Shown: positions 42,522 through 51,251 of the stretch, one piece after another
Numbering within the stretch: position 1 is the first letter of the stretch
Layout: each line of letters opens with the position of its first letter
From: an uncultured Gemmatimonadales bacterium
GTDB taxonomy: Bacteria > Gemmatimonadota > Gemmatimonadetes > Gemmatimonadales > GWC2-71-9
Length of the DNA stretch: 64,000 nucleotides
Assembly (NCBI GenBank): GCA_963722825.1
Contig: CAVROI010000001.1
Location: 1,221,956 to 1,285,955 of the forward strand
Direction of reading: 5' to 3'
The notes under the pieces: generated by a model
What the model saw: only the letters and a program-made list of their open reading frames with translations
Told to the model about the DNA's origin: nothing
Database searches by the model: none
Made by a program: the position numbers and the translations under genes

Positions 42522-43763
42522 TCATACATCAGGATAACCTGACTGCCGAGAATCCCATGCAACCCGCATGGCAAGTCCCAGGCAGATCGAGCAGATGATG
42601 AAAAAGGAGCCTCCGTAGGAGAAGAACGGCAACGGAATCCCGGTAATCGGCATCAGGTTGACCGTCATCCCGACATTTTCGAAAACATGGGTGAACAGGA
42701 GACCGAGGATGCCGAAGGTCACGAGACTGCTGAAGGGATCGGTGGCTCGCCGAGCGATCCGGAGCAGGGCGAGGAAGAGCATCAGGAAAAGGCCGAGAGC
42801 AACCATCACCCCGACGAACCCCAACTCCTCTCCGACGATCGGAAAGACGAAATCCGTGTGCTGCTCCGGGAGGAAGGCCAGGCGCTTCTGGGGCCCTTGC
42901 GTGTACCCGGTGCCGAACCAGCCCCCCGAGCCGATGGCGACGCGTGACTGGATCGCGTGGTAGCCGGCGGCCCGGGGATCGGCTTCTGGATTGAGGAAGG
43001 TGAGCAACCTGTTCTGCTGATATGGCGCGAGCCTCTGCCACAGGGGAAGAGCGATCGTTCCCATCGCCACGTTCAGGAACCAGATGACCAACGAGTCGTA
43101 GATATACGGCCGCCAGATCATGAGGAGCGCCGTAACCGCCACCATCCAGGCGCCCCACGCCCAGTTGTTGAATGCCAGCAGGAGGCTTAGCCCGGGTGAG
43201 GCGATGAGAAAGAGGAGGCGGGGTCGAACGCCGGCCCAGAACAACATGGCGAAGGAAATCCCGATGAATACGATGGCGCTGCCCAGATCCGGCTGCTTGA
43301 GCACGAGCAGAAACGGCACGCCCACGATGATGGCCGGAATCAGGAGGTCCCGGAGCGATCGAGGCGGCTCCTTCCGGCTCGAGAGATAGCGAGCCAGCAT
43401 CAGCACGGTAGCCACTTTCGCCAGCTCGGAGGGTTGCCCGATCTGGTGGCCGCCCACCGAGAGCCAGCTGTGGCTGCTCTGGGCGGTGCCCGCACCGGTG
43501 CCGACGACGAGCACGATGCCGAGCAGTGCCAGAGTGAACGCATAGAACGCCGGAGCCAGCCACTCCAACAACCGAAGCGAGACATGAAAGACCAACCAAC
43601 CCGCTACGATCCCGATTCCGAACCAGAGGAACTGCCGGTACCACGCGCCGGCCGCCCTGGTGGGCACATCGGTTTGTCCGGCGGAGTAGAGGGTGAGCAG
43701 CCCGAAAAACATGAGACAGGCGCTGGTGATGATCAGCCGCCGGTCGAGAGTGGCCGCTCTCAT
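42522..43763 (-). CDS. rodA: Rod shape-determining SEDS protein
   Basis: 413 aa, 10 TM, FtsW/RodA family. Lies directly after mrdA (ATGA overlap). Confidence 0.85.
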   Translation of the reverse strand: MRAATLDRRLIITSACLMFFGLLTLYSAGQTDVPTRAAGAWYRQFLWFGIGIVAGWLVFHVSLRLLEWLAPAFYAFTLALLGIVLVVGTGAGTAQSSHSWLSVGGHQIGQPSELAKVATVLMLARYLSSRKEPPRSLRDLLIPAIIVGVPFLLVLKQPDLGSAIVFIGISFAMLFWAGVRPRLLFLIASPGLSLLLAFNNWAWGAWMVAVTALLMIWRPYIYDSLVIWFLNVAMGTIALPLWQRLAPYQQNRLLTFLNPEADPRAAGYHAIQSRVAIGSGGWFGTGYTQGPQKRLAFLPEQHTDFVFPIVGEELGFVGVMVALGLFLMLFLALLRIARRATDPFSSLVTFGILGLLFTHVFENVGMTVNLMPITGIPLPFFSYGGSFFIICSICLGLAMRVAWDSRQSGYPDV

Positions 43764-45643
43764 GGCCGGCTGCGTTGGCGGGCCGAATCGGACGCGGCCT
43801 TGGCAGCGGCGGAATCGGGGTCGAGCTCGACCGGTCGAGGCGCGCTGTCCTGCACCGCCGCCGCCTCGTCCAGCAGAATCTTGACCTTGATCGCGCCCGC
43901 GGTGTCGGGGCCGAGGAGGTACCGCCGAAGGGTCCGGACGACGTAGGGCGCCGCCACCGTGCCGTGTTCCGCGAACTCCATGATGGCTCCGACGATGAGC
44001 TCTGGCTTCTCCGCCGGCGCGAACCCGATGAACCAGCCGTGGTCCTTGCCGTGGGGGTTCTGGGCCGTACCGGTCTTGCCCGCCACGGCGAGATCGGCGT
44101 GGCGGCTGGCGGATGCCGTGCCTCGCTCCACAACCGCTATGAGCGCGCGCCGCAGCCCATCGAGCTGCTCCGGACTGAGGCCCAGCCGTCGTGGCTTGGC
44201 CACGGCAGGCCGGACCAGATAGGGTGATGCCGCGTCTCCGGTCCCAGCGAGTCCCTCGTAGAAACGCATCATGTTGATCAGGGTCTGGGTGTTCTCTCCC
44301 TGACCGATCGAGAAGTTGAGCGTGGTGGCCGGGGGACTCCAGTTCCGGGGGCCGTACAGGCGGTCGAAATACGCAGCGGAGGAGGGATAAATGGGGTCGA
44401 TTTCGTTCTCGAGATCGATCCCGCTCTTGTCCTTGAACCCCATGAGCACGCCATCCTGAATGATGGCGTTGAGGCCCAGGCGGAGCCCGAGCTGGTAAAA
44501 ATAGACGTCACAGCTGGCGGCCACCGCTCCAAGAAGATCGAGCGAGCCGTGGCCTTCCTTCTTCCAGCACCGGAACACCCGGTTGCCGAGCCGCAGTCCA
44601 CCGCGGCATGGCTGCGGCATGTGGGTATCGAGCCCGACGAGTCCGCGCTTCAGGGCCATCGCCGAGATGGCCAGCTTGAACGGTGAGGCCGGCGGATAGC
44701 GCGCCTGGATCACTCGATTGAGGAGCGGCCGAGCCTCGTCCGTATTCAGCGTGCGCCATTCGCTGCTCGAAATCCCGCCGACGAAGTCATTGGGATCATA
44801 GGCGGGAGACGAATACATCGCCCGGACCTCTCCGGATGGCGTCATCGCCACCATGGCCCCTCGGATTCCGGCCGGCCAGATACTGTCGATGAACCGCTGG
44901 AGATCGAGGTCGATCGTGGTCTCGATCGGCTTGCCCGGTATCGGCAGGAGGGTTGCCGCGCCCGCCTCCTCCCGAACCAGGCGGCCGCGCGCATTGACCT
45001 CGATGTACCGGACACCTTCCACGCCTCTGAGGGTATCGTCGTACTCCCGCTCCAGTCCGGCTTTCCCCACGAGGGAGCCGAGCCCTGCTCCGGGATACCG
45101 GTTGGCGGTGAGATCCTGCTCGGTCGCCTCCGACACGTAGCCGACGATGTGCGCAACCGCCTTGCCGGCGGGATAGAGCCGCTTGGGCTCGGCCTGGATC
45201 ACGAGACCCGGCAGCACGAAGCGATGCTCCTCCAACCGGGCGACCGTCACGAAGTCGGCGTCGCCGAAGACGACGGCCGGCTGGTAGCGCGCCTGCGTGA
45301 AGCGCCTGACGATCTCCTCGATTCGGCTCGTGTCGATGGGGACGAACCGCTCCATCCGGGCGAGCACCGCGCGCAACGAATCGACGGACGGAGCGAGCAG
45401 CTTGACGGAATACCCGGGAACATTCTCGGCGATGATCTCGCCTTTGCGGTCGAGAATCGGGCCCCGGGGTGAAGTGACGGAGATCGGGCGGAGCCGGTTG
45501 GTTTCGGCCTTGAGCTGGAACTTCTCGTGCTGGAGCACCTGGGTCCTGAAGAACGCGCCCGCCAGCACCAGGAAGGCGAGGACGAGAATCCACTGGGCCG
45601 CGTCGGCGCGCTCTCTCAGGCGATACGAATCGAAGCCATTCAT
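43760..45643 (-). CDS. mrdA: Penicillin-binding protein 2 (elongasome transpeptidase)
   Basis: SxxK (ASPFK), SxN-like SIGQG, KTG (GKTGTAQ). ATG 45643 overlaps the mreD stop (ATGA). Confidence 0.9.
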   Translation of the reverse strand: MNGFDSYRLRERADAAQWILVLAFLVLAGAFFRTQVLQHEKFQLKAETNRLRPISVTSPRGPILDRKGEIIAENVPGYSVKLLAPSVDSLRAVLARMERFVPIDTSRIEEIVRRFTQARYQPAVVFGDADFVTVARLEEHRFVLPGLVIQAEPKRLYPAGKAVAHIVGYVSEATEQDLTANRYPGAGLGSLVGKAGLEREYDDTLRGVEGVRYIEVNARGRLVREEAGAATLLPIPGKPIETTIDLDLQRFIDSIWPAGIRGAMVAMTPSGEVRAMYSSPAYDPNDFVGGISSSEWRTLNTDEARPLLNRVIQARYPPASPFKLAISAMALKRGLVGLDTHMPQPCRGGLRLGNRVFRCWKKEGHGSLDLLGAVAASCDVYFYQLGLRLGLNAIIQDGVLMGFKDKSGIDLENEIDPIYPSSAAYFDRLYGPRNWSPPATTLNFSIGQGENTQTLINMMRFYEGLAGTGDAASPYLVRPAVAKPRRLGLSPEQLDGLRRALIAVVERGTASASRHADLAVAGKTGTAQNPHGKDHGWFIGFAPAEKPELIVGAIMEFAEHGTVAAPYVVRTLRRYLLGPDTAGAIKVKILLDEAAAVQDSAPRPVELDPDSAAAKAASDSARQRSRP

Positions 45644-46137
45644 GCATCGAGCCTGACCGAGAACCATTGTCTCGAAGCCAGCAGCACCAGCAACGCGAAC
45701 GCGGCCGTCGCCAGGGCCTCGAGCGGGCTGTAGATCGTGAGCTCCTCCAGGAGGGGCCGGTCACCCGCCCCGCTGAGCAGCAGCGTCAACAGGTCTCGCA
45801 CCCAGAGTCCCGCGCCCACGAAGGCGGCGTTCACGAGGATGTTCTCGGCGAAGAAGACCGCCCGCGCCCACGAGGCGACATATCCCACGACGGTATTGGC
45901 CATCATTCCCGCCCCGAAGCGGGCCGGTGTAAGCGCGTCTCCGGCCAGGCCCACCAGGAATCCGGCCAGCGCGGCGATTCCGGGGCTACTCCTGAGCGCG
46001 ACCAGCATCAGCCCCAGGAATAGGAAGTCCGGACTGACACGTGGCCCCCAGAGCCGGGGACGCAGGTAGAAGTGGAGGAGCGCCATGAACAATAGCGCGA
46101 GGACGAGCTGGACGCGGTTGGCACGTGTCGGCATCAT
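45640..46137 (-). CDS. mreD: Rod shape-determining protein MreD
   Basis: 165 aa, about 5 TM. Position between mreC and mrdA. Confidence 0.7.
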   Translation of the reverse strand: MMPTRANRVQLVLALLFMALLHFYLRPRLWGPRVSPDFLFLGLMLVALRSSPGIAALAGFLVGLAGDALTPARFGAGMMANTVVGYVASWARAVFFAENILVNAAFVGAGLWVRDLLTLLLSGAGDRPLLEELTIYSPLEALATAAFALLVLLASRQWFSVRLDA

Positions 46138-47222
46138 CGCGCGGAATCTCTGCGCGTCGAGTCGGGGGGGAGACGGGGAATCGGGGCGGCCCGAGCGGCG
46201 CCGCTGTCGGGCGGGGGCGCTCGGCGCCGCACACGGGCCAGCGAATCACGCCTGGCGACCGCCGCGTCACGCGCCGCCTGGGCCAGCGAATCACGCCTGG
46301 CGGCCGCCGCGTCGCGCGCCGCCTGGGCCAGCGAATCGGCGCGCCGCGCCCGGAGGAGCGAGTCGAGCCGTTGCGCCTTGAGGAGCGAGTCGCTGGGAAA
46401 GGCAGCCGCCACATCGGACGAAGGAGGCGCCACGAGAATCAGCACGTGGGCCACCGAGCCCGGATTCGCGGCCGGCAGGAGGCGGTAGACGCGTTCCCAT
46501 CCGGCCTGCTCGCGTACGAGACCGGTGACGGTGCCCACCGGAATACCCTTGGGGTACACGCCGCCGAGACCGGAAGAGAGCACGAGGGAGCCGGGCGGCA
46601 CGGAATCCCGGTACGGCACGCCGCGGAACTCGAGGGCTCCTTCCCCGCTCACCGTGGAAAGCGACGGGGCCACGACCCCGGCCGCGTTTCCGGTGACCGT
46701 GAAGGCGCTCACCCGGAATTCGGGATGGGCCCAGGTCATGGCGATGCTGGTGCGCTCGGCGGTGCTGAGCACCACGCCGACGAGCCCTTCCGGCGAGACC
46801 ACCGGATCGAATGGCGACACGCCCCGGCTCGAGCCGGCGCTCAGCAGCAGCGTCCGGCCATCGGTGGCCTGGGACTGGTGCAGAACCTCGGCGGCCACAT
46901 ACGAGCTCGACAGACGGTGGCTCAAGGACAAGAGCTGGCGCAGGTGTTCATTCTCGGCGAGGAGTGAGGGCAAGCCTTGCGCGAGGTAGGCGGACGAGTC
47001 GCGTTGCGCCGTGACTTCCTGGAAGCGGACCCGGCTGGTCCGTCCCTCTTCGGCGCGGGCCTGGAGCCAGACGAGGGGGGCGAGGACGGTTTCGCGGAGC
47101 GCGTCGGCCACGCTGAGCCCGAGGGCGGCGGGGACGACGAGCGCCACCACCGAGAGGCCGAGGCAGACGACGAATAGGATGGTGTCGCGGCGCGTGTAGG
47201 AACGATCCGACGCGCTGGCCAT
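46134..47222 (-). CDS. mreC: Rod shape-determining protein MreC with a repetitive C-terminal tail
   Basis: N-terminal TM helix, coiled coil, two beta-barrel regions (GLVGVV, GIPVGTV). The tail carries RRDSLAQAARDAA repeats. Confidence 0.85.
   Translation of the reverse strand: MASASDRSYTRRDTILFVVCLGLSVVALVVPAALGLSVADALRETVLAPLVWLQARAEEGRTSRVRFQEVTAQRDSSAYLAQGLPSLLAENEHLRQLLSLSHRLSSSYVAAEVLHQSQATDGRTLLLSAGSSRGVSPFDPVVSPEGLVGVVLSTAERTSIAMTWAHPEFRVSAFTVTGNAAGVVAPSLSTVSGEGALEFRGVPYRDSVPPGSLVLSSGLGGVYPKGIPVGTVTGLVREQAGWERVYRLLPAANPGSVAHVLILVAPPSSDVAAAFPSDSLLKAQRLDSLLRARRADSLAQAARDAAAARRDSLAQAARDAAVARRDSLARVRRRAPPPDSGAARAAPIPRLPPDSTRRDSAR
46235..46337. repeat. 45-bp tandem repeat (2.3 copies) inside the mreC 3' region
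   Basis: Unit 46235-46279 versus 46280-46324 differs at 2 positions. The third copy is truncated after GGGCCAGCGAATC. Confidence 0.9.
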
Positions 47223-47224
47223 GC

Positions 47225-48262
47225 TCAGACGGACAGAACGCTGCGGTATTTCTCGTAATCGTCGAGAATGCGCCCGGTCCCGCGCACCACGCAGGTGAGC
47301 GGGTCCTCATCCACGTGGATCGGCAGGCCGGTCTCCTGCGCGAGGAGGATGTCCAGTCCACGAATGAGGGCGCCGCCCCCGGTCATGACGATGCCGCGAT
47401 CGACGATGTCGCTCGCAAGCTCGGGCGGCGTGATCTCGAGGGCGCGCCGCACCGCGTCGACGATCTGCTGGATCGGCTCCTGGACGGCCTCGCGGATCTC
47501 CGCCGAGTGCACCCGAACGGTCTTGGGGATGCCGGAGACGAGGTCGCGTCCCTTGACCTCCATCTCCCGCTCGTCGCCGGTGGGGGCGGCCGAGCCGATC
47601 TTGATCTTGATGGCCTCGGCGGTGGGCTCGCCCACGAGCAGGTTGTAATTCTTGCGCATGAACTGGACGATGGCCTGGTCCAGCTCGTCCCCGCCGGTCC
47701 GGATAGACGTGTCCGAGACGATGCCGGAGAGCGCGATGACCGCGATCTCCGTGGTGCCCCCGCCGATGTCGATCACCATGTTCCCGGTGGGCGTCTCGAC
47801 GGGCAGCCCGACGCCGATGGCCGCAGCCATCGGCTCGGCGACCATCAGCACCTGCTTGGCGCCGGCGGTCTCGGCCGAGTCGCGGACGGCGCGGCGCTCC
47901 ACCTCGGTGATGCCCGAGGGCACGCAGACGATCACCTTCGGTTTGACCCGGAAGACGTGCTTGTCGATGATCGTCTTGAGGAAATACCGGAGCATCTTCT
48001 CGGTGACGTCGAAGTCGGCGATGACGCCATCCTTCAACGGCCGCACCGCGAGGATGCCGTCCGGCGTGCGGCCCAGCATGCGCTTGGCCTCGAGGCCGAT
48101 GCCCTTGATCTTGCCGGTTGCCTTCTCGAGGGCCACCACGGAGGGCTCGTTCAGGACGATGCCTTCGCCCTTCACGTAGATGAGAGTATTGGCGGTGCCG
48201 AGATCCACCGCGATTTCGTTCGCGGGGAGCCAGGACATCAGATTCAGAGCCGGAAGTTTCAT
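47225..48262 (-). CDS. mreB: Rod shape-determining actin homologue MreB
   Basis: [22 protein letters not shown]. Start is uncertain (GTG 48289, ATG 48262 or ATG 48238). Confidence 0.93.
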   Translation of the reverse strand: MKLPALNLMSWLPANEIAVDLGTANTLIYVKGEGIVLNEPSVVALEKATGKIKGIGLEAKRMLGRTPDGILAVRPLKDGVIADFDVTEKMLRYFLKTIIDKHVFRVKPKVIVCVPSGITEVERRAVRDSAETAGAKQVLMVAEPMAAAIGVGLPVETPTGNMVIDIGGGTTEIAVIALSGIVSDTSIRTGGDELDQAIVQFMRKNYNLLVGEPTAEAIKIKIGSAAPTGDEREMEVKGRDLVSGIPKTVRVHSAEIREAVQEPIQQIVDAVRRALEITPPELASDIVDRGIVMTGGGALIRGLDILLAQETGLPIHVDEDPLTCVVRGTGRILDDYEKYRSVLSV

Positions 48263-48322
48263 CAGGTGGCCGAGCGGCGCATGGGTCACAAGGTAAATGG
48301 GGGCTGTGGTATGGGGAAGTCG

Positions 48323-48760
48323 CTACCGACCCGTGCTGCCGAATCCTCCGGCGCCGCGCGTCGTCTCCGGCAGGCGCTCCACCGGTCGGAACGTCACCCG
48401 CTCGACCCGGGCGATGATCATCTGCGCGATGCGCATGCCTCGCGTGATCTCGAACGGCTCCGTCCCGAGATTCACCATGGGGATCATGAGCTCGCCGCGG
48501 TAGTCACTGTCGATCGTGGCCGGGGCATTGGGAAGCGTAATGCCATGCCGCAGCGCCAGACCGGAGCGCGGCCGGATCTGACACTCGAATCCCTCGGGCA
48601 CCGCGATCGCGAAGCCGGTGCGGAACAGGCGACGCTCCAGAGGGGCCAGGACGCCGTCGTCGGCGCTCACCACGTCGTAGCCGGCCGATCCCGGCGAGGC
48701 CAGACTCGGGAGCGGCAAGCCCTCGGCGTGCGGCAACCGGGCCACCAGAACGTCGGTCAT
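48323..48760 (-). CDS. dut: dUTP diphosphatase
   Basis: 145 aa. SAGYDV, PRSGLA, IDSDYRGE, RGAGGFGSTG. Confidence 0.9.
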   Translation of the reverse strand: MTDVLVARLPHAEGLPLPSLASPGSAGYDVVSADDGVLAPLERRLFRTGFAIAVPEGFECQIRPRSGLALRHGITLPNAPATIDSDYRGELMIPMVNLGTEPFEITRGMRIAQMIIARVERVTFRPVERLPETTRGAGGFGSTGR

Positions 48761-48773
48761 CAGCCGGTCGCGC

Positions 48774-49892
48774 TCAGAGAACCGCGGTGGCTTCGATGAG
48801 CGGGAGCCGGAATGCCTCCGCGACGCCCGGATACACCACCTTCCCCTCCACCACGTTGAGCCCGAGCCGCAATGCCGGATCGGCCTTGCAGGCGGCACGC
48901 CAGCCGTGGCGGGCGAGCTTGAGCGCGTAGGGGAGCGTGGCGTTGGTGAGGGCGAGTGTGGAGGTACGCGGCACGCCGCCGGGCATGTTCGCGACGGCAT
49001 AATGAAGGATGCCATCGACGAAATAGGTGGGATTTTCGTGGGTGGTCGGCTTGATCGTCTCGACGCAGCCACCCTGGTCCACCGCCACATCGACGATCAC
49101 CGACCCGGGCTTCATGACCTTGAGATCGGGGCGCTTGACGAGGTGTGGCGCCTTGGCGCCGGGCAGAAGCACCGCACCAATGACGAGGTCCGCGCGGCGA
49201 ATGGCGTCGAGGATGTTGTGCCGGTTGGAGTAGGTGGTGTCCACGTTGGCGGGCAACACATCGTCGAGATACCGGAGGCGGTCGAGGGAAATATCGAGGA
49301 TCGTCACGTGGGCGCCCAGGCCCGCGGCCATCTTCGCGGCGTTGATCCCCACCACACCGCCACCGATGATGACGACTTCGCCGGGCGCGACACCCGGCAC
49401 ACCGCCCAGGAGTATTCCGCTGCCCCCGAAGACCTTCTCCAGGTACTTGGCGCCTTCCTGCACGGCCATTCGGCCGGCGACCTCGGACATCGGCGTGAGC
49501 AGCGGAAGCTCTCCGCTGGCGAGCTGGACCGTCTCGTACGCCACGGCGATCGCGCCCGACGCGATGACCGCGCGGGTGAGGTCTTCGGCGGCGGCGAAAT
49601 GGAAGTAGGTGTAAACCAGTTGTCCTTTCCGCATCCTCGGCCACTCCACCGCGATCGGCTCCTTCACCTTCATGATCATCTCCCCCCGGCGCCAGACCTC
49701 GTCGGCCGTGGCGACGATCGCCGCGCCAACCGCCTCGTACGCGGCGTCGGGGAAGCCGCTGCCGAGTCCCGCTCCGGCCTCGATCAGTACGGTGTGGCCC
49801 GCGGTGACCAGGGCCTCCGCGCCGGCGGGAACGAGGGCGATCCGATTCTCATTGGTCTTGATCTCCTTCGGCACGCCGATGAGCATGGTCAT
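48774..49892 (-). CDS. ald: Alanine dehydrogenase
   Basis: [18 protein letters not shown] fold [17 protein letters not shown]. Confidence 0.93.
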   Translation of the reverse strand: MTMLIGVPKEIKTNENRIALVPAGAEALVTAGHTVLIEAGAGLGSGFPDAAYEAVGAAIVATADEVWRRGEMIMKVKEPIAVEWPRMRKGQLVYTYFHFAAAEDLTRAVIASGAIAVAYETVQLASGELPLLTPMSEVAGRMAVQEGAKYLEKVFGGSGILLGGVPGVAPGEVVIIGGGVVGINAAKMAAGLGAHVTILDISLDRLRYLDDVLPANVDTTYSNRHNILDAIRRADLVIGAVLLPGAKAPHLVKRPDLKVMKPGSVIVDVAVDQGGCVETIKPTTHENPTYFVDGILHYAVANMPGGVPRTSTLALTNATLPYALKLARHGWRAACKADPALRLGLNVVEGKVVYPGVAEAFRLPLIEATAVL

Positions 49893-49909
49893 CCCCGATA
49901 GTTGTGAAA

Positions 49910-49994
49910 GGTTACGGGTCCAGGGTCGAGGGTCTAAGGTCTATGGTCTGAGGCCATTCGACTCGCGACTCCAGACTCAGGACTTTCGACCCTA
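49910..49994. repeat. Heptamer-periodic inverted repeat element B (6 x GGTNNNN / 5 x GACYYNN)
   Basis: GGTTACG GGTCCAG GGTCGAG GGTCTAA GGTCTAT GGTCTGA ggccattc GACTCGC GACTCCA GACTCAG GACTTTC GACCCTA. The last unit contains the TAG stop of the M16 peptidase gene. Confidence 0.9.
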
Positions 49995-51245
49995 CTTTGG
50001 CCCCAGCCGCATGACCGTTTGCCTGGCCGAGGGAAAGAACTCGGCCGCGACCGCGGCGATGTCGTCCGGCGTCACGGCGTCGATCTCCGCCAGCATCGCG
50101 TCGAGCGGCCGGTACGTGTCGCCGTGCAGCTCGAATCCCGCCAGCCGCCCCATGCGTGCCGCCGGGCTTTCCAGGGAGAGCATGATCTGGCCCTTGAGCT
50201 GCTGCTTCCCGTCGGCCAGCTCCTGGTCGGGAAGCCCTTCGCGCGCCAGGTGATCGTACTCCGCGCCGATGGCCTCGACGGCCGCGTCGGCCGTCCCCGG
50301 CTGGGTGCCGATGTAGACGCCGAGCTGCCCGGAGCTCTGATAGAAGTGCTTGTAGGCGAAGATCGCGTACGCCAGCCCGAGCTCTTCCCGTACCCTCTGA
50401 AAGAGCCGGCTCGACATCCCGCCACCGAACACGTTGGTGAGGATCGCCAGCGGGAAGCGCCGGGGATCACTGAGCGGAAAGGTGTCGGTGCCGAACACGA
50501 TGTGGGTCTGGGCCGTGTCGCGTTCTTCGGTCCGGCGCTCGCCGCGCTGCGCCGGCGAGGCGGCCACCGGAGCCCGGGCCGCCTCGCGCCCGTTGCCCTC
50601 GAGCCAGCCGGCGCGGGTGAGCGCCTCGAGGAATGGTCCATGCTCCAGATTGCCGGCGGCGGCGATCACGCAATTGCCGCGATGATAGCCGGCGTGGTGG
50701 AGACTCTGGAGATCGGCCGCCGAGATGCCCGCCAGTGTTTCCGGCGTGCCGAGGATGGAGTAGCCGTACGGATGCGCCGGCCACATCGCGGCCGCATGCA
50801 GCTCGAAGACCAGATCGTCCGGCGTGTCGGCGACGCCATTGATCTCCTCGAGAATGACGTTCCGCTCGGGCTCGAGGTCGGCATCGCGCAGGAGCGGGCG
50901 GCGCACCAGGTCGGTGAGGATGTCCACCGCGAGGGGAACGTCCTGGTCGAGAACGTGGGCCTGGTAGCTGGTGTAATCGCGGCCGGTGAACGCGTCGAGA
51001 CTCCCGCCGCGCACCTCCAGCTCGAGGGCGAGCTGCTTGGCCGTCCTCCGCTCGGTCCCCTTGAAGACCATGTGCTCGAGCAGATGGGAGATGCCCATCT
51101 GTCCGGTCGACTCGTGGGCGCTGGCGGTTCGCACGTACACGCCCACGGCCGCCGAGCGTACGCCCGGCAGCGTTTCGCTGAGGACGACCAGTCCGCTCGG
51201 CGCCGTAGTGCGGAACAGCCCTTCGTCGAGACGAACCGTGTCCAC
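49992..51245 (-). CDS. M16-family zinc peptidase (pitrilysin-like)
   Basis: Inverted zinc motif HLLEHMVFKG (HxxEH). 417 aa. Confidence 0.85.
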   Translation of the reverse strand: MDTVRLDEGLFRTTAPSGLVVLSETLPGVRSAAVGVYVRTASAHESTGQMGISHLLEHMVFKGTERRTAKQLALELEVRGGSLDAFTGRDYTSYQAHVLDQDVPLAVDILTDLVRRPLLRDADLEPERNVILEEINGVADTPDDLVFELHAAAMWPAHPYGYSILGTPETLAGISAADLQSLHHAGYHRGNCVIAAAGNLEHGPFLEALTRAGWLEGNGREAARAPVAASPAQRGERRTEERDTAQTHIVFGTDTFPLSDPRRFPLAILTNVFGGGMSSRLFQRVREELGLAYAIFAYKHFYQSSGQLGVYIGTQPGTADAAVEAIGAEYDHLAREGLPDQELADGKQQLKGQIMLSLESPAARMGRLAGFELHGDTYRPLDAMLAEIDAVTPDDIAAVAAEFFPSARQTVMRLGPK

Positions 51246-51251
51246 GACGGG

